Shown here: positions 28,964 through 38,500 of the stretch, one piece after another
How positions within the stretch are numbered: position 1 is the stretch's first letter
How the letters are laid out: the number at the start of each line of letters is the position of its first letter
Assembly (NCBI GenBank): GCA_038125645.1
Contig: JAYPEG010000007.1
Coordinates: forward strand, 21-64,020
Source of the DNA: Alphaproteobacteria bacterium
GTDB taxonomy: Bacteria > Pseudomonadota > Alphaproteobacteria > Puniceispirillales > Puniceispirillaceae
Direction of reading: 5' to 3'
Length of the DNA stretch: 64,000 nucleotides
Notes under the pieces: model-generated
Database searches by the model: none
What the model was told of the DNA's origin: nothing
What the model saw: the letters and a program-made list of their open reading frames with translations, nothing else
Program-made: the position numbers and the translations under genes

Positions 28964-29509
28964 ATGTCAGTTCTTGTCAGCGATGACCATGTTGAGATTC
29001 TGATTTCAGAGGCCGAGATTACAGCCAGGGTGAATCAGCTGGCCAAGCAGATCACAGCCCATTACCAGCAGACCACACAGCTGGTCGTGGTCGGGCTACT
29101 GCGTGGCTCTTTTGTCTTTATCGCCGATCTTGTCAGGCGGCTGAATCTGCCGGTTGAGGTGGATTTCATGACTGTCTCCAGCTATGGCGATGAAATGGAA
29201 TCATCACGCCAGATCACAATTTTAAAAGACCTTGAAACCCCTATAGGTGAGCGTGATGTGCTGGTTGTTGAGGATATTATTGATACTGGCCATACCCTGT
29301 CGCAGGTGTTGAAAATTATGGCGACCCGGGGGCCGGCAAGCCTGTCTGTATGCACACTTCTGAATAAACCGTCACGGCGTGAGGTTGAGGTGGATATCAA
29401 ATGGACAGGTTTTGATATTCCAGATGAGTTTGTCATTGGCTATGGTATTGACTATGCCCAGCAGGGGCGCAATCTGCCGCATATTGGCTATGTCAGGCGC
29501 AGCAGCTGA
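28964..29509 (+). CDS. hpt: Hypoxanthine phosphoribosyltransferase
   Basis: [18 protein letters not shown]-binding motif. 181 aa. Confidence 0.92.
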   Translation: MSVLVSDDHVEILISEAEITARVNQLAKQITAHYQQTTQLVVVGLLRGSFVFIADLVRRLNLPVEVDFMTVSSYGDEMESSRQITILKDLETPIGERDVLVVEDIIDTGHTLSQVLKIMATRGPASLSVCTLLNKPSRREVEVDIKWTGFDIPDEFVIGYGIDYAQQGRNLPHIGYVRRSS

Positions 29510-29552
29510 GACACAGCCCGCACAGCCCTCCTGTCTTTCAGCCATCATGGGT

Positions 29553-30880
29553 TCAGGATAAAAGACGCTCATCAAATGGATAGTGCGACAACAGCTCTGC
29601 CCCGTCCTGCGTAATCACGAGCTGGTCTTCAAGTTTTACGCCCTCACGCCCGCCCAGGGCCCCGACATAGCCTCAACACACAAGGTCATGCCCGCCTCCA
29701 GACAGCCAGAATAGCCGTGCTGCTCCTGATCCTCTGGATAGCGCACAGACGGATATTCATCACACAGGCCTATACCATGCGCGAGCACCCCATAGCGCAG
29801 GGCCCGGTAGGCCTCTGGTAGGCGATGGTCCCTTTGTGTCAGCTCAGCAAAGCTGAGGCCGGGCCGCAGCAGGGCCATATTTTCCTGAATATGCTCCCAG
29901 GCGATCTGATAGAGCTGTTTTTGCTCTGCGCGCGGGGCCACGTCACCGACAATCCAGCTGCGCGAAATGTCACAGCAATAGCCTTATGTTGAAATGAGAT
30001 CTGTATCAAAGGCCAGCATGTCACCAGCCTGGATAATGCGTGGCCCGCATTCCTGAAACCACGGATTGGTGCGCGGGCCAGAGGATAATATACGGGTTTC
30101 AATCCATTCACCGCCGCGTCTGATATTACCAGCATGTAGCACCGCCCAGACATCATTCTCGCTCAACCCCGGCTGCACAGCCGCCTGCATTTCACCAACC
30201 GCCCTCTCGCAGGCATAGATTGCACAGCGCATGGCATTCAGCTCATTCTCATTTTTGACAGAACGGGCCTGTTCTGCCAGCATCTGACCGTCCAGAATCT
30301 CTGTGTTGCGGGCACGCAGCGCGGCATAGCCCGCATTTTCTATCTTGTCCACCGCCAGGCGGTTATTTGTCCCCGCATGACAATGCATCAGATCAATGAT
30401 CTGCTCAGCAAAATGCGCTGCATGCTCATCTGTCCTGTCACCGGTCTCAAAATAGAAAAAGGACGCACCGGATCGCACCTCGCCCACCAGCGGCAGATGA
30501 GCAGACAGATGGGCACAGGAATGAAAATCAAACAGCACGACCTTTCCTGCCGGCGGCACAAAACAGGCCCGTGCCGCATTATGGGCTGTCCAGAGCTGCA
30601 TGTTGCTGCTGTCTGTTGCATAACGGATATTGATCGGATCAAATAACAGCAGCCCGGCACAATCAAAGGCCTGTATCTGTGCCTGCAGGCGCGCGAGGCG
30701 GTAACAGCGCAGGGCCGGCAGGTCAGGCAGGGTAAGACCAGCTGCCCGCCATTCATCAAAAGCAAGGGCGGTGGGCCCGATTTCAGTGCGGTCGTTAAAA
30801 TCAGGCGTACCATCGCCGCGCAGATGGCGGCGGCGGGCCGGATCGATTTTGCGTCCGGAACCGACAACAAAAGAGTTCAT
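29553..30880 (-). pseudogene. dddP: dddP-like M24-family (creatinase/prolidase fold) DMSP lyase gene, disrupted by an in-frame TAA (29984-29986) and a 1-nt frameshift near 29670
   Basis: ORFs 29984..30967 and 29636..29941 are in the same frame, separated only by TAA plus 14 sense codons (GYCCDISRSWIVGD). After ..GMTLCVEA the conserved C-terminus YVGALGGREGVKLEDQLVITQDGAELLSHYPFDERLLS* continues in another frame to 29553. The N-terminus (RKIDPARRRHLRGDGTPDFNDRTEIGPTALAFDEW, NIRYATDSSNMQLW, GGEWIETRILSSGPRTNPWFQECGPR) matches my recollection of DddP. Confidence 0.8.
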
Positions 30881-31069
30881 CGCGGCCTCTCCTGTCACAA
30901 GCGGGGGCTGACAGGGCCCGCAGACCCAATCGGCGGCCCTTTTTCTCTCATCTGCCCAGCCTGGCAAATTTTTCTGCTGTCACAAGGCCTGAAGACGACA
31001 GCTTTTCCCAAAAATGTCGCAATTATGAAAATTTCAATGAAATAAGTTAAGGGCAGGGCTGTCCATTTT

Positions 31070-32287
31070 TCATGACAGGCGCGTTGTGATCTCAATACCC
31101 GCGCTCAGCGATCTGTGAACCGGGCTTTTATCCGCAATGTCCAGAAGGAGCGCGCGCATCTCATCATCCAGGGGGCCCTTGAGGGTTACAACACGCTCTA
31201 TGATATCCAGCGTCCCGGCCTGTTCATTATCCTTGATATAATCTTTTTTATGCCGTAGCTCTAGGTCCACATCTTCCAGCGGCCAGCCTTTGCGGCGCGC
31301 ATAAAGCCGCAAGGTCATCCCTGTACAGGCCCCCAGACCGGCAAGCAGAAAATCATAAGGCGGCGGGCCGCTGTCAGAGCCGCCGCTTACTGATTGCGGC
31401 TCATCAGCCCGCATCAGATAGCCGCCGGCAAGGATATCATGGGCAAAATCACCGTCTGGACTGGCGCTCACCACAACCTCACCTTGTGTGCGGGCTGTCA
31501 TTCTGGCAGCTGGCGGCAGACAGCGCCGCGCCCAGCTGGCAATAACATCACCGGCAAAGGCCGTATCACTGGCCTTGGTCAAAAGATGGTTGGCCCGGTC
31601 AAGTGATATGAAGGATTTAGGATGTTTGGCATGGGCAAAAATCTCTGCCGCATTCTCTACGCCGACAATCATGTCTGCCGGGCTGTGCAGAATCAGCAGA
31701 TCACATCTCAGCCTGGCAATATGGGCAGCGCTCATCCGCGTTTGAAGAGAGCGCACCATCTCGTGCCCGATGGTAAAGGGCCGGCCGCCAATATCTACCT
31801 CTGCCTCACCTTCAGCCTCTATCCGGTCAACAGCATGATCAAATAAATGCAGCACATGCCCGGCAAAGGATGGTGCGCCTATGGTTGCCACAGCACAGAC
31901 GCTGGCAATATCTGGGGCTATGGCAAGCACCGCTGCCCCGCCCAGTGAATGGCCAACCAGCAGCTGCGGGGCCAGATTATGCGCCCCCAGTTTTTGCGTT
32001 GCCATAAAGGCGGCGGCAGCCTGCAGATCAGACAAATTAGAGGTAAAGCTGGTCTTGGAAAACGCGCCTTCTGATCCCCCCAGCCCAGTAAAATCAAAAC
32101 ACAGAACAGCGATCCCGGCATGGGCAAGTCCAGCAGAGATGCGCGTGGCGGCAACTGTTTCCTTGGAACAGGTGAAGCAATGGGCAAAAATCGCCGCCCC
32201 ACGAAAGCTGCCCTGCGGAAGATGTAACTTTCCTGCCAGCTGCGCGCCCACGCCGCCGGGAAACTGAACATCACGGATGATTGCCAT
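31070..32287 (-). CDS. Bifunctional alpha/beta hydrolase / OsmC-family protein
   Basis: N-terminal hydrolase fold with a GHSLGG nucleophile elbow. The C-terminal ~140 aa are OsmC-like (GPPPYDFLLAGLGACTGMTLRLYA). Confidence 0.85.
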   Translation of the reverse strand: MAIIRDVQFPGGVGAQLAGKLHLPQGSFRGAAIFAHCFTCSKETVAATRISAGLAHAGIAVLCFDFTGLGGSEGAFSKTSFTSNLSDLQAAAAFMATQKLGAHNLAPQLLVGHSLGGAAVLAIAPDIASVCAVATIGAPSFAGHVLHLFDHAVDRIEAEGEAEVDIGGRPFTIGHEMVRSLQTRMSAAHIARLRCDLLILHSPADMIVGVENAAEIFAHAKHPKSFISLDRANHLLTKASDTAFAGDVIASWARRCLPPAARMTARTQGEVVVSASPDGDFAHDILAGGYLMRADEPQSVSGGSDSGPPPYDFLLAGLGACTGMTLRLYARRKGWPLEDVDLELRHKKDYIKDNEQAGTLDIIERVVTLKGPLDDEMRALLLDIADKSPVHRSLSAGIEITTRLS

Positions 32288-32351
32288 CTGCTGTGTCCTG
32301 TGCCTGTGGCCCCCGCACCGGGCCTGTTTCCTGTTTTGGGGTTCTGCCCGT

Positions 32352-32385
32352 TATCCTGAACCAACTGGTATCCTGAACCAGCCGG
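32352..32385. repeat. Tandem duplication, 17-bp unit TATCCTGAACCAACTGG x2 (15/17 identity)
   Basis: Units at 32352-32368 and 32369-32385, in the acuI / hydrolase-OsmC intergenic spacer. Confidence 0.9.
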
Positions 32386-32425
32386 TGCCCCGGTCAGCTG
32401 CCGGCCATATGCCGGATGTCAGGCA

Positions 32426-33415
32426 TTACAGACAGACAAGACAACGCCCCTGTATCTGTCCTTTCAATATCGCTTTGCCATATTGTGCAAGCGACTCCAG
32501 GTTGATTTCAGTAACGATTATTTCCAATTTTTCCATTGGAAATTGATCTGCCAGCCGCTGCCAGCTGGAAAGGCGCCGTTCAAAGGGTTGCATCACAGAA
32601 TCAATGCCCAGAAGATTCACGCCGCGCAGCAAAAACGGAATGATATTGGCTGGCACAGCAAGGCCGCCTGCATTGCCAACAGCCGCCACTGAGGCACCAT
32701 AGGCCATCTGACCCAGAACACGCCCCAGCATATCGCCGCCGACATTGTCAATGCAGCCTGCCCACTGTTCGGATTCCAGCGGGCGTGAAATGGTCTGTGC
32801 CAGCTCTGTGCGGGGAATCAGGCGGGTGGCGCCCAGCCCCTCAAGATAGCTGCCAGCCTCATCAATACGGCCAGTGACCGCCGCCACCTGATAGCCACAG
32901 GCGGCCAGCAGCGCAACTGCAACAGAACCAACTCCGCCGGCCGCACCCGTCACAAGCATTTCTCCTGACTGCGGGTTAAGGCCATGTGCCTCCAGCGCCT
33001 CCAGGGCAAACATGGCTGTGATGCCGGGCGTGCCGAGAATCATTGCCTGACGGCAATCCATGCCCGCAGGCAATGGCACCAGCCAGTCAGCCTTTACCCG
33101 CGCACGCGCTGCATAGCCGCCATGCCAGACCTCGCCGATACGCCAGCCCGTGGCAATTACCTTGTCACCGGGCTGATAATGCGGGGATTGGCTGTGCGCG
33201 ACAATGCCGGAAAACTCAACTCCAGGAATGCGCGGATAAGAGCGAATCAGCCCGCCTTTACCGTTCAGGCACAAACCGTCCTTATAATTCAGGCCAGAAA
33301 ATTGTATATCGACAATGACCTCGCCCTCATCACCCAGAAAGCTGTCATCTTTTTCGGTGATGCTGGCTGAAATTTGGCCATCTGCATCCTTGTTCAGAAT
33401 GAGGGCTTTGAACAT
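32426..33415 (-). CDS. acuI: YhdH/AcuI-family MDR oxidoreductase (acrylyl-CoA reductase)
   Basis: Collinear similarity to E. coli YhdH as I recall it (SGLNYKDGL, IPGVEFSGIV, WHGGYA, VTGAAGGVGS, GIDSVM, IQGR). Confidence 0.85.
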   Translation of the reverse strand: MFKALILNKDADGQISASITEKDDSFLGDEGEVIVDIQFSGLNYKDGLCLNGKGGLIRSYPRIPGVEFSGIVAHSQSPHYQPGDKVIATGWRIGEVWHGGYAARARVKADWLVPLPAGMDCRQAMILGTPGITAMFALEALEAHGLNPQSGEMLVTGAAGGVGSVAVALLAACGYQVAAVTGRIDEAGSYLEGLGATRLIPRTELAQTISRPLESEQWAGCIDNVGGDMLGRVLGQMAYGASVAAVGNAGGLAVPANIIPFLLRGVNLLGIDSVMQPFERRLSSWQRLADQFPMEKLEIIVTEINLESLAQYGKAILKGQIQGRCLVCL

Positions 33416-33541
33416 GGCTGTCTCCTGTCTGGCTGTGTGTTGATTTACGATTGCTTCTCATCCTGACGGCTGATAAAGATCAGCACAAGCCCCCATGGCT
33501 TGGCAAATGACCCTGTCTTTAAAAAATAGGAAAGAAAACCC

Positions 33542-33961
33542 ATGTTCCGTGATCTGCCCCCAGAGGCTGTCTATGAAGCGCTTGGCGCTGGTGGTGATAA
33601 CGCACTCTTTATAGACTGCCGGACACAGGCTGAATGGGCCTATGTCGGCATTGCTGATATCAGCGCCACAGGTGCCAGAATGGCGCTGATAGAATGGCAG
33701 GACAGCAGCGGCACACCAAATGCGGATTTTACCGCAGAGGTCGCGCAGCTGGCCGGGCAGATGGCCGGGCCTGACACAGAGATTTATATTATGTGCCGGT
33801 CTGGGGCACGCTCGGCGGCGGCCTGCCATGCATTGGCCGCACAGGGCTATAGAAATCTGTGTAATGTCAGCGAGGGTTTTGAGGGCGATCTTGACAGCCA
33901 GCGCCATCGTGCCCGGGTAAATGGCTGGAAATTCCATAAACTGCCCTGGCAACAGAAATAA
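33542..33961 (+). CDS. Rhodanese-like domain protein (sulfurtransferase)
   Basis: Active-site loop IMCRSGARS and C-terminal GWK..LPW motif. Confidence 0.85.
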   Translation: MFRDLPPEAVYEALGAGGDNALFIDCRTQAEWAYVGIADISATGARMALIEWQDSSGTPNADFTAEVAQLAGQMAGPDTEIYIMCRSGARSAAACHALAAQGYRNLCNVSEGFEGDLDSQRHRARVNGWKFHKLPWQQK

Positions 33962-34031
33962 GCAGCACAGAAAATTACCCTTTTAAACTTTTCTGTCTTG
34001 CCTAATCTTTAATTGAGGCACAATAGACCTC

Positions 34032-34415
34032 ATGTCAGGAGAGACAAATAACAGCCCGTCAGGGTTTTTCATCACAACTGGTTGTCAGGCCCACAATCTG
34101 CCAGCCGCCCTGCAGCTGCATAGGCCTGTCAGGGGGCAGCTTTTATTTGCCTGTCACGGCCCCTTTACAGCTGCCGGGTTGAGCGATGCCGCGCTGAGTC
34201 TGAAGCCTGTTATTTCCAATTTTTCTGCAAAATTTCAATATGATATATTTGCAGTCTTTGTAGAGCTCTATCAGAATATTGAGCGCCATGGCCTGTATGC
34301 TGGAAATGGCCGGGCGGGCGCGCCCCACGGGTCGGCTGTTCTGTATGGTTATCCTTACAACTGCCCGGTTTTCCAACTGCCCGGTTTTCCAACTGCCCGC
34401 ATTCCAACTGCCTAG
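34032..34415 (+). CDS. Hypothetical protein resembling the N-terminal two-thirds of a SiaB-family (DUF6272) kinase-like protein, probably truncated
   Basis: LLFACHGPFTAAGL...DIFAVFVELYQNIERHG resembles the recalled SiaB pattern (IMLCFNGPIS...DVFAVYIEMTQNIRHY). The expected C-terminal G-rich ATP-lid region is absent. The ORF ends inside a 16-bp tandem repeat. Confidence 0.4.
   Translation: MSGETNNSPSGFFITTGCQAHNLPAALQLHRPVRGQLLFACHGPFTAAGLSDAALSLKPVISNFSAKFQYDIFAVFVELYQNIERHGLYAGNGRAGAPHGSAVLYGYPYNCPVFQLPGFPTARIPTA
34358..34412. repeat. Tandem repeat, 16-bp unit CAACTGCCCGGTTTTC x 3.5
   Basis: Units at 34358-34373 and 34374-34389 (perfect), 34390-34404 (variant) and 34405-34412 (partial). 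They form the 3' end of ORF 34032..34415. Confidence 0.95.
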
Positions 34416-34525
34416 TATTCCTTCAGCCTAGTGGATGATCTTATCATGATTAACCTTTTGACGCAAAAACGGGTAAAGTCAGGCTGAGGCTTGGCAGGGA
34501 AACCCCGCGTGCTATCTTGTCAGTT

Positions 34526-35092
34526 ATGAAACACATAATGATTGCCAGAGCATTATTGACGCTGACCGCCCTGTGCGTCTGGTCTGCGAACGCTGCGGCT
34601 GACCAAACGGACGGGCGCCTGCCCGGCCTGTTCACACAGTTACGCATGGCAGCAGACATACAGACAGCGCGCGAGACTGAGCAGACAATATGGAAAATAT
34701 GGATTGAAAAGCCTGACAATCTTAATCTTCAGGACATGCTAGAGCGCGGCACTTCAGCCATGACAGACGGGCGTTACCGCGAGGCAGAGGCCATTTTCAG
34801 CTTTATCATCAAAAAAGATGCTGATTATTCAGAAGCCTGGAATAAAAGGGCAACTTTGTATTTTCTGATGGGGGCCTATCAGCTGTCAAAACAGGACATC
34901 GCGCAGACCATCGCGCGCGAGCCCAATCATTTCGGCGCCTTATCCGGGCTGGGGCTGGTGGAAATGCATCTTGGCAATTATCAGGCTGCGCTGAATGCCT
35001 ATCAGCAGGCAGCCACTATTCATCCCTTTATTGAAGGCTATGACGAGATCATCCGCTCATTGAAACGCATGTCAAAGGGAACGGCCCTTTAG
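34526..35092 (+). CDS. Secreted tetratricopeptide-repeat protein
   Basis: Signal peptide followed by TPR-like repeats (EAWNKRATLYFLMGAYQLSKQDIAQTI, GALSGLGLVEMHLGNYQAAL). Confidence 0.8.
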   Translation: MKHIMIARALLTLTALCVWSANAAADQTDGRLPGLFTQLRMAADIQTARETEQTIWKIWIEKPDNLNLQDMLERGTSAMTDGRYREAEAIFSFIIKKDADYSEAWNKRATLYFLMGAYQLSKQDIAQTIAREPNHFGALSGLGLVEMHLGNYQAALNAYQQAATIHPFIEGYDEIIRSLKRMSKGTAL

Positions 35093-36060
35093 ATTTTTAC
35101 CTCATAGCCGGGGGCCTCTGGCTCATCATCGCTGATTTCGGCTGGAAACCCTGCTGCCGTGACATCGAGCTTGCAGCGTTCCTCAATCCGCTTGATGATA
35201 TTGGGGGAATGTTCACGCGGCCCGTACCGGGCAATGCCGTCCTTAAAAATGTCAATCAGGAGTGGGGCCATATCAAGGCTGAGACCGCTGCGCCGGGCAA
35301 CATCATAAAACAGGCTGATATCCTTCAGCACTAGATCCATGGTAAAATTAATGTCCCGGCTGCCATTGAGAATGACCTGGCCCTCTGTTTCATGGACAAA
35401 GCTGGTGCCGCTGGATATAGCAATCGCCTCATAGCTGGTGCGCATATCCATGCCTGCCGCCTTGCAGGTTGCCAATGCCTCTGCCACAGAAACGAGGTTA
35501 GCCGTGGCAAGATAATTCGTGACAACTTTCAGAACGGTTGCGCTGCCCAGCGGGCCAGTATGCAGAATCCGCCGCCCCATCCTTGTCAGAAGCGGCAGCA
35601 TATCTTCAAACACATCACGCTCGCAGCCGGCAAGAATGGATATATTGCCTGTTGCTGCGCGGTGACAGCCGCCAGAAACAGGACAGTCAAGAGCCCGTCC
35701 GCCCGCCGCCTTTACTTTACCGGCCAGCCGGTGAACCTCTGTTTCGTCTGTCGTGCTCATCTCTGCCCAGATTTTTCCTGCACTGAACCCGGCCAGCACC
35801 CCGTCCTGTGCCTCTAGCACCTCAGCACTGATCGCCGGCGAGGGCAGACAGGTGATAATGACATCACATATTGCTGCCAGCTCTGCCGGGCTTACAGCTG
35901 ACCGCGCGCCCCTGTCACAAAGACGCTGAACGGCTGTCTTGTCGAGATCGCGCACGACCAGATCAACATTGTTGCGCAGCAGTGAGCCTGCCAGCTTGGC
36001 CCCGACATTGCCAAGACCGATAAAACCGACAACCGGCGTGTCTTTGTCTGTGCGTGTCAT
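35089..36060 (-). CDS. NAD(P)-dependent oxidoreductase (3-hydroxyisobutyrate/6-phosphogluconate dehydrogenase NAD-binding family)
   Basis: VGFIGLGNVGAKLAGSL Rossmann motif and DCPVSGG. Last gene of the liv-like operon strand. Confidence 0.85.
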   Translation of the reverse strand: MTRTDKDTPVVGFIGLGNVGAKLAGSLLRNNVDLVVRDLDKTAVQRLCDRGARSAVSPAELAAICDVIITCLPSPAISAEVLEAQDGVLAGFSAGKIWAEMSTTDETEVHRLAGKVKAAGGRALDCPVSGGCHRAATGNISILAGCERDVFEDMLPLLTRMGRRILHTGPLGSATVLKVVTNYLATANLVSVAEALATCKAAGMDMRTSYEAIAISSGTSFVHETEGQVILNGSRDINFTMDLVLKDISLFYDVARRSGLSLDMAPLLIDIFKDGIARYGPREHSPNIIKRIEERCKLDVTAAGFPAEISDDEPEAPGYEVKI

Positions 36061-36116
36061 TGTCTGTCCTCCCCCCGCTTTTTAGTGCCTGTCAGATAAA
36101 AAGGAGCGCCCCTTTG

Positions 36117-37451
36117 TCAGCGCCTGAGCTCTGGTATCAGCCCCTGTGGGGCAAAGCGCAGCATCAAAAGCATTACCAGCCCCATCGTCATCAGCCGCAT
36201 ATGCGCCGCACTTTCCAGAAGATGCGCTCTTAACGGGCTGTCGGCCTCCAGCGGCAGGGTCAGCACATCCATCAGCCACAGCCCGAGAGGTTCAGATTCT
36301 ACCCAGAAAAACCAGATAATGAACCCGCCAAGCACAGAGCCGTAATTATTGCCAGAGCCGCCAACAATGACCATGATCCATATGAGAAAAGTATAGCGTA
36401 GCGGCAGATAGGAAGCTGGGGTGAACTGGCCGTCCAATGTTGTCAGCATGGCCCCGGCAATCCCGACCACGGCCGAGCCAAGAATAAAGACCTGCAGATG
36501 TTTGGCAGTAACATTTTTGCCCATCGCATTGGCGGCAACCTCATTGTCGCGTATCGCCCGCATCATTCGCCCCCAGGGCGAGCGCAGCGCCGTCTCAAAC
36601 AGCCAGAACAACGCTGCCAGCACAATAATGAACAGAACCGCATAGCACAGCTTGACAATCACTGAGGATAACTCATCCACATCCATCGCGACAGCCCTGG
36701 CCAGATCGACAACAAACGGGCTGGCCTGTAAATCAATTTCATAGGGCACAGGGCGCGGCAGACCATTGATGTTTTTCACCCCCCTTGCCAGCCAGTCCTC
36801 ATTCTTCAGCACATAAACGACAATCTCTGATATCCCCAGCGTAGCAATCGCCAGATAGTCAGATCGCAGACCAAGTGACACTTTGCCGATGACATAAGCA
36901 GCAGCGGCAGCAAAGACCCCGCCGACAATCCAGGATATCACAATCGGCAGATTTATACCCCCTATATGCCCGGCCCGGGCCGGATCAATCGATTCAATCG
37001 CCTGAATGGCGGGATCAACAAGTGTCCGCAATATCAGATAACCGGTGAGCGACACAGCCAACACCGCCCAGAAGCGCCATTTCCCCAACCGCGCAGTTCT
37101 GCGCGCCGTTATCATCGCCGCGATAATTGTAAGCGTGATGACAAGCGCGCCCAATAACAGCTCAAGCCCACCTGCCTGCCAGCTTTCAGCCACAGGCGGC
37201 ATAGAAACAAGCACAGCCGCCAGTCCGCCGAGGGCCGCAAATCCCATTGTGCCGAAATTCACAATACCCGCATAGCCCCACTGGATATTCACACCCAGCG
37301 TCATAATCGCTGAAATCAGGCACAGATTCAAAATCGCCAGCGATACGTTCCAGCTCTGGGCAAAGCCGACAAAAACAAGCATCACACCCATCACGGCAAA
37401 TAAAATGAGCTGTCTTTGTCTGTTATTGTCTGCCTGTGTCCTGCTGCTCAT
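36117..37451 (-). CDS. Branched-chain amino acid-type ABC transporter permease (LivM-like)
   Basis: 444 aa, polytopic, LivM-type permease pattern. Confidence 0.88.
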   Translation of the reverse strand: MSSRTQADNNRQRQLILFAVMGVMLVFVGFAQSWNVSLAILNLCLISAIMTLGVNIQWGYAGIVNFGTMGFAALGGLAAVLVSMPPVAESWQAGGLELLLGALVITLTIIAAMITARRTARLGKWRFWAVLAVSLTGYLILRTLVDPAIQAIESIDPARAGHIGGINLPIVISWIVGGVFAAAAAYVIGKVSLGLRSDYLAIATLGISEIVVYVLKNEDWLARGVKNINGLPRPVPYEIDLQASPFVVDLARAVAMDVDELSSVIVKLCYAVLFIIVLAALFWLFETALRSPWGRMMRAIRDNEVAANAMGKNVTAKHLQVFILGSAVVGIAGAMLTTLDGQFTPASYLPLRYTFLIWIMVIVGGSGNNYGSVLGGFIIWFFWVESEPLGLWLMDVLTLPLEADSPLRAHLLESAAHMRLMTMGLVMLLMLRFAPQGLIPELRR

Positions 37452-37478
37452 TGGCCCCGCCTCATTGTCACTGCCTGT

Positions 37479-38492
37479 CTAAATTGTTTTGCCGGCAAAC
37501 AGCCCAGTGGGCCTTATCAGCAGAACAATCAATAAAATCACAAAGGAAACCGCTATCTTGTAATCTGTTGAGAGCAGCTGCACCAGCCCCTCCGGCAGAA
37601 AGCGCTCAAAGGTCAGATAGGCGATGACCTTTTTATAGGCGAAAGTTACAAATAGCTCGGAAAAGGCAATCACAAAGCCACCAGCAACCGCACCAACCGG
37701 ACTGCCCACACCGCCGACAATCGCAGAGGCAAAAATCGGCAGCAGCAAAGACAGATAGGTAAAGGGTTTATAGCTTTTATCCAGCCCGTAGAGCGCACCA
37801 GCCAGTGCAGCCAGCGTGCCGGTGATTATCCATGTTACAAGCACCACACGCTCTGGGCTGATGCCAGACAAAAGGGCCAGATCCTCATTGTCAGAATAGG
37901 CGCGCATTGATTTGCCGGTCTTTGTGCGGTTCAGGAACCAGAACAGCAGGGCAACAACAATAAAGGCAACAAGAACGGTTATGGCCTGTGTTGTCTTTAT
38001 CGCCAGCCCCTCACTGAGGCCGGTCATCTGTTTAAAGGCCCGTGCTTTCAGCAAAAACCGCTGGCCATCAGTAAAAACCTGATCCTCTGGCCCGATAACA
38101 AAGCGAATGAGACCGCCGGTGAAAAACATCACCCCCACTGAAACAATGAGATAGGTAACAGTTTCAGAGCGCCTGCGGCGATAATAGGAAAAAACCAGCC
38201 GGTCTGTCAGAAGTGCCAGTCCAACCGTAAACAGCACGGCCACGGGCAGTGCCAGCAGGGCTGTCGGCAGCGGGCCAAAGCTGATGCCAGATGCCTGTAG
38301 CTGCCATGTAACCAGCACGGATATCATAGCCCCGAATGACATCAGCTCACCATGTGCAAAATTCGAAAACCGCAGCACAGAATAAACAAGCGTCACCCCC
38401 AGCGCGCCAAGTGCCAGCTGGCTGCCATAAGCAAGGCCGGGAACAATGATAAAATTGGCCAGCAGAACAGCTGCATTCAGAATATCACCCAT
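37479..38492 (-). CDS. Branched-chain amino acid-type ABC transporter permease (LivH-like)
   Basis: 337 aa, polytopic, LivH-type pattern (FAHGELMSFGA). Confidence 0.88.
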   Translation of the reverse strand: MGDILNAAVLLANFIIVPGLAYGSQLALGALGVTLVYSVLRFSNFAHGELMSFGAMISVLVTWQLQASGISFGPLPTALLALPVAVLFTVGLALLTDRLVFSYYRRRRSETVTYLIVSVGVMFFTGGLIRFVIGPEDQVFTDGQRFLLKARAFKQMTGLSEGLAIKTTQAITVLVAFIVVALLFWFLNRTKTGKSMRAYSDNEDLALLSGISPERVVLVTWIITGTLAALAGALYGLDKSYKPFTYLSLLLPIFASAIVGGVGSPVGAVAGGFVIAFSELFVTFAYKKVIAYLTFERFLPEGLVQLLSTDYKIAVSFVILLIVLLIRPTGLFAGKTI

Positions 38493-38500
38493 ATCCCCCC

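Noticed and set aside
29636-30156. ORF-track entries 29636..29941 (101 aa) and 29839..30156 (105 aa) as independent genes.
   Set aside because: The first is the in-frame continuation of the broken dddP-like gene. The second is an out-of-frame overlap with no family resemblance.
33458-33952. 164-aa ORF antisense to the rhodanese gene.
   Set aside because: It fully overlaps a well-supported rhodanese CDS, and its translation has no recognisable features.
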